A stretch of DNA of 23,697 bases, from positions 1 to 23,697 of the forward strand of contig JADGIF010000068.1 of assembly GCA_018985225.1 (NCBI GenBank). The letters are read 5' to 3'. This document shows positions 19,932 to 23,697 of the stretch, one piece after another (position 1 is the first letter of the stretch; the number at the start of each line of letters is the position of its first letter). The stretch is from Amoeboradix gromovi X-113 (lineage: Eukaryota > Fungi > Sanchytriomycota). Under the pieces are notes generated by a model. It saw only the letters and a program-made list of their open reading frames with translations, did no database searches and was not told where the DNA came from. Both the position numbers and the translations under genes were made by a program.

Positions 19932-21836
19932 TCAATTTACTTTTGAAAATTTAAGCAATGTCGCTGTAAATGTTCCTTTTCCATTAGTTAAAGTTCTCAA
20001 CTTTGTAGAATAACCTTGTAATTCACGCAACGGTATGTTTGCAGTTATTGGTTCGTTAGATATTATGTCACCTTTTCTCCTTGCTATGTCAGCTAATACT
20101 GCTCCAGTGTTATCAGCACTTTCTATGCAAACATTCATCAAGGGTTCATACTTGTCAAACCGATTTATATTGTTAGCCAGGTGCAAGCCAAAAGACTTTT
20201 CAATCGCGTCGTTGTATTTTCCAGTGTCGTCCTTATAATTACTGGAGAATCTGAAATCCGCTAATTTAAATTTGGTACCCACGACCTTGAATGTTAGCTT
20301 TTCCTGCAGCATCCTGTTTATTGAGCTCTGCATGTGCTCTACGAGATATTTAAAATCGTGCTCAATAATCAGTTCATTGGATAAATCATCATCATCATTA
20401 AAGCAATCTGATTTTAGTATTGGGCCCATTTCGATTTTATATTCCACCGTATACTCTCTCTGTGATGCACTAAATGTATAGCTGCAGTTGGACTCTGATT
20501 GTACAGCTTTAAATACTGACTTAATACGCATTGGCCCGAAATCAAAATTGCCTTTTGATAAGTTGTACAGTTTGTCTTGTAATATTTCAGCATGCAGTTC
20601 GCCCATGCACCCAATAATCCATGAAGAGTCAGCTTTATCGACAGAAATACTTGGATCTTCTAGTTGAAGGATTTCAATTGCATTTTCGGAATCTCGTGAA
20701 TCCTTCTTAGATTTGAGTGTAGCAGAAAAAAAGAAAACTTGAGAAGGAATATGCAGCAACTCCACATGGCTGCAAAATTTATCACTTGATATTATATCAC
20801 CAACTTTGACATTCCTAAGTCCTGTCACGATTCCAATCTCACCGCTTTCAATCGAATCTATTTCTTCAATAATTCTACCAAAAGATCTCTGAATTCTCTG
20901 AATCTGGACCTTTGACTTAGTTCTGCTGTTGTACAGTTCTGTTGATTTCATAATCTTAGTACCTTTGTTTTTAACGAAATATTGAAACCCTCGCTGCATG
21001 TCGTGTTGTATTTTGAAAACCACGGCATAAGGGTGTTGGTGATCCACACTCGGAAAGGGCAGCCAATCTACAACAGCATCTAGTAAATTAGTGACCCCAA
21101 GATTTTTTGAAGCCGATCCAAATAAGACTGGATTTGCAAGACCGTTTATAGTTTGTTTTCTGATACATTTGTTCAAGAATTCAGTAGTAATTTCTCTATT
21201 CTCCAGAACTAGGTTAATGAGGTCCTCGTCAAAGTTGCATAACGAATCTATCATTTCTGACCTCAAATCATGCTCCTGTTTTACGAGCGAAATAATTTGA
21301 GTGAATGGTGACGGAACCTTCTCTTTTTCGGGATAATTTGTATTATTAAAAACAGGAGCCTGGGTTATCAAAGGAAACCCTATTGAATTAAGTGATTTCA
21401 TAGTGTTTCTCCAATTCACACCATCCCTGTCCATTTTGTTTATAAAAAATAAGCAAGGTATGTTTTTGAGTTTAGCCTGACGGAAAATCTTTTCAGTTTG
21501 TACCTGTACACCGTGAATTGAGTCTATTAAACAAATGCAGCCATCTATGCCTAAAAACGCCATTTCGTTTTCAACATTAAAATCAATATGACCGGGAAGA
21601 TCAATTAAGTTTATTTTATGACCGTTGTAATGTATTTGGGCAGTAGCACCATTAACTGTAATTCCTCGTCTCTTTTCAATTGGTAAAAAGTCTAATACTG
21701 TATTCTTCCCATCAACAGACCCTGCTTTACTTATTGCACCAGTTACTTCTAAAAATCTCTCGCACAGCGTAGTTTTGCCGCCGTCTATATGTGCAATTAT
21801 CCCAAGGTTACGAATTTTCTGGATCCGAGCAAACAT
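19932..21836 (-). CDS. MEF2: Mitochondrial elongation factor G-like GTPase, most likely EF-G2 / ribosome-releasing factor 2
   Basis: 'IRNLGIIAHIDGGKTT', 'LDFLPIEKRRGIT', 'NLIDLPGHIDF', 'NKMD', 'LEDPS', 'MGELH', 'YEPLM', 'GYSTKLRTLTNGKGTF'. The divergence pattern and 'GSVD..NTVLDFL' favour EF-G2 over EF-G1. Confidence 0.8.
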   Translation of the reverse strand: MFARIQKIRNLGIIAHIDGGKTTLCERFLEVTGAISKAGSVDGKNTVLDFLPIEKRRGITVNGATAQIHYNGHKINLIDLPGHIDFNVENEMAFLGIDGCICLIDSIHGVQVQTEKIFRQAKLKNIPCLFFINKMDRDGVNWRNTMKSLNSIGFPLITQAPVFNNTNYPEKEKVPSPFTQIISLVKQEHDLRSEMIDSLCNFDEDLINLVLENREITTEFLNKCIRKQTINGLANPVLFGSASKNLGVTNLLDAVVDWLPFPSVDHQHPYAVVFKIQHDMQRGFQYFVKNKGTKIMKSTELYNSRTKSKVQIQRIQRSFGRIIEEIDSIESGEIGIVTGLRNVKVGDIISSDKFCSHVELLHIPSQVFFFSATLKSKKDSRDSENAIEILQLEDPSISVDKADSSWIIGCMGELHAEILQDKLYNLSKGNFDFGPMRIKSVFKAVQSESNCSYTFSASQREYTVEYKIEMGPILKSDCFNDDDDLSNELIIEHDFKYLVEHMQSSINRMLQEKLTFKVVGTKFKLADFRFSSNYKDDTGKYNDAIEKSFGLHLANNINRFDKYEPLMNVCIESADNTGAVLADIARRKGDIISNEPITANIPLRELQGYSTKLRTLTNGKGTFTATLLKFSKVN

Positions 21837-21961
21837 TGTAGGTCTTTATAACCTGGTTTCACTATCCCTGTGCAATCAAAGACCTTTCAAAAATAAATTG
21901 AAATGGCTTGCTCAAAAACTTTAATTTGCAATTTAATTGTTGCAGGGCTTGCCGATTACTG

Positions 21962-22005
21962 GATTGGTTGAAAATTGATTGGATGCTTGCAAAAACTGTG
22001 ATTGG
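21962..22005. promoter_or_regulatory. Three CCAAT boxes (GATTGG on +, CCAATC on -) in a divergent promoter
   Basis: GATTGG at 21962-21967, 21977-21982 and 22000-22005, in the same orientation, within the ~210-bp gap between MEF2 and the next gene. Confidence 0.55.
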
Positions 22006-22045
22006 TGTCTGGTATTAATTTCCAATATATTTGTACCGAAGTAAA

Positions 22046-23148
22046 ATGAATAAATTAGACAAAGCCCTCATGAGATCCATGAAAAATGTAACTCAAGTAC
22101 GATTAGGAAAACTAGCTTCCTCAGGCTTGCTAGTAGACTTTTGTATTTATATTGCCCAAGACGACAACGAGGAGTATTACAAGCTGAATGATATTGAGGT
22201 TTTACTAGGAGTCAGAGATGTGAAGAACACTATTAATACCGAGAATCTTCTTGAATATGATAACAGTTATTTGGTCCAAAGAAACGCGTTGAAAATGCTT
22301 ACCGAAACGATGGATTTGAAAAGCAAGCAAATTTTAACGTATGACCTGGAAGACTTTAACAACGGAAAAGCTCGTCAATTTCTATGTGCGCTTCCAAATT
22401 TCACGCCAGTTGATCCCATAATTGTCAAATCTTTTGCTATTGGAGGACACAAAAGATCTTCACCATCATCTGATGAAGAAAATATAATGAGAAAAAAAAT
22501 GAGAATTGGAAACGAGTTGACTATTGATGTCAAGCAATCTACGGAAAGTCTGCCTTCCTTGAGTAACATGTTGGACAGTTCTGGAATGCGAAGACAATCT
22601 GTCTCAGAAGACGCCCCAAATCGACGGAAATCGGCCGTTCAAGACGAATTGAGGAATATTTCCCAATTAAAACAACAGATGTACATGAAACGGACAATGG
22701 CACCATTTGGATTGAATACTGCTATGAATCCTGATTTGCTCACACCGTCAAAATCATCACCCGCCATTTCTATAAATGGCATGTCTCAACAGGGATCCAC
22801 GCCTACGAGTGGAAGTCCAAAACCTACCGTTAAGCAGATGTTTTTGCCAATGTTTGACAAGTTGTGTGAATACATGGATGCGCAGACTTCAAGAATCGAT
22901 GTATCTTTAGCAGCCAGTAGAAATTGTGAAAAGGGCTTGTTTGACATAAGAAAGCAGTTTAAAGATTTTGCAGACAACATGAATGGTAAACTATTACTTA
23001 TTTAGGAAATTTTTTAGTTGAATTAAAGAAGATTCTTGTGACTGTAGATTCCAGATTAAGGAAACTGGAGAGAGCGTCTTTAATGCAAACGCCTTCTTCT
23101 GATGAAATGAAGTTTTTCGCAACCAGGAAAAGCTCCATGAGAGAGTAA
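22046..23148 (+). CDS. Hypothetical nuclear-type protein (360 aa; exons 22046-22985 and 23006-23148) with globular N-terminus, basic NLS-like patch, Ser/Pro-rich middle and C-terminal coiled coil
   Basis: First ATG at 22046. The ORF stops at the TAG that is the acceptor of a 20-nt GT-AG intron. Splicing continues the heptad pattern (GNFLVELKKILVTVDSRLRKLERA...) to TAA 23146-23148, which overlaps an AATAAA. Confidence 0.75.
22986..23005 (+). other. 20-nt spliceosomal intron (GTAAACTATTACTTATTTAG), phase 1
   Basis: GT...AG ends, with the same length and GTAA-N10-ATTTAG pattern as the ARMC8 intron. Removal gives an open 47-codon second exon ending at a stop plus AATAAA. Confidence 0.8.
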
Positions 23149-23697
23149 TAAATATTTGTTTTTATTTGGAACACCGCTGCAAAAACTGGACCAAATCTTG
23201 TTGAAGTACCCAATAGTTCATAACCTAGATATTGCGTGACAGTTGTATCTTGTATGCTAATTGGTCCTTTATTTTTTGGTAAATAGCATTATATTGATAA
23301 TTGGTTAATTATCTTCATCCCCTTTTACAGCTGAGCGTGGTGGGCACTGTTTAGGCGTCTTCAAAATGGCCAGAGCTCTTTTTAAGGTCTTCTTAGGTAC
23401 GAATATTGAAAAACTTAAGAAGTGTTAGAGACCATATTGCAGCAAGGAACATAAGTATGTATATGTTTATTCAAGCTGGCATCAGGGTATTCGAAGCGGG
23501 CGTAATCTCTGCAACGGAGCGACAAGCATTGCCGGTTTCTGTGTGGAAACTCTCGATTTTCTCGAATAATGACACGTTAAGGATAAATACCATACCAATA
23601 ATGGGACACCAAATATAAAAACTAGACTAACTCGTTTTTAAAGGAGGTGCTCCATACGGAGGAAATGCTATCATTAATAAAAGATCTTCTTCTATTA

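Noticed and set aside
1108-23213. Numerous 60-165 aa antisense or overlapping ORFs in the track (e.g. 6100-6486, 6662-7153, 13417-13911, 22998-23213)
   Set aside because: They are shadows of real genes on the opposite strand or frame, mostly with non-ATG starts and no motifs.
1-23697. Alternative genetic code (TAA/TAG = Gln, as in some aphelids and ciliates) as the explanation for broken ORFs
   Set aside because: Conserved genes end at their expected C-termini with TAA (ARMC8, M16 peptidase), TAG (zinc finger, PEMT) and TGA (NOG1). Multi-kb ORFs have no internal TAR, and the ARMC8 break needs a frame change, not read-through.
23366-23697. Gene at the right edge, including the 70-aa ORF 23406-23618 and GT-AG candidates 23397-23419 (23 nt) and 23455-23475 (GTATGT..., 21 nt)
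   Set aside because: No splice combination I tried gave a convincing ATG-started protein, and no recognisable motif was found on either strand.
1-23697. Prokaryotic operon, defence system, CRISPR array or functional gene cluster
   Set aside because: All recognisable genes are eukaryotic housekeeping genes of unrelated function, with no repeat-spacer arrays; the EF-G is the mitochondrial type.

Overview
A gene-dense, AT-rich eukaryotic genomic window, not prokaryotic. It carries conserved opisthokont/fungal housekeeping genes: a Tao3/Mor2/Furry scaffold, NOG1, a tiny C2H2 zinc-finger protein, tRNA-Lys(UUU), a gamma-tubulin complex subunit (GCP5-like), CHMP7/Chm7, ARMC8/Vid28, an unknown membrane protein with a degenerate J-like domain, an M16C metallopeptidase, a PEMT/Opi3-like methyltransferase, mitochondrial EF-G2 and an unknown nuclear-type protein. 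Proteins are divergent and often shortened, most genes appear intronless, convergent genes are 23-38 bp apart, and AATAAA lies on or next to stop codons. This suggests a streamlined genome of an early-diverging fungus or fungal relative; a sanchytrid-like parasite is my guess and is not provable from this window. The standout signal is two ultra-short GT-AG introns, each exactly 20 nt with the shared pattern GTAA-N10-ATTTAG (13216-13235 on the - strand; 22986-23005 on the + strand). Each explains an apparent premature stop in the ORF track and points to a tiny-intron splicing system. All three stop codons are used (standard code). No mobile element, CRISPR array or rRNA was recognised.
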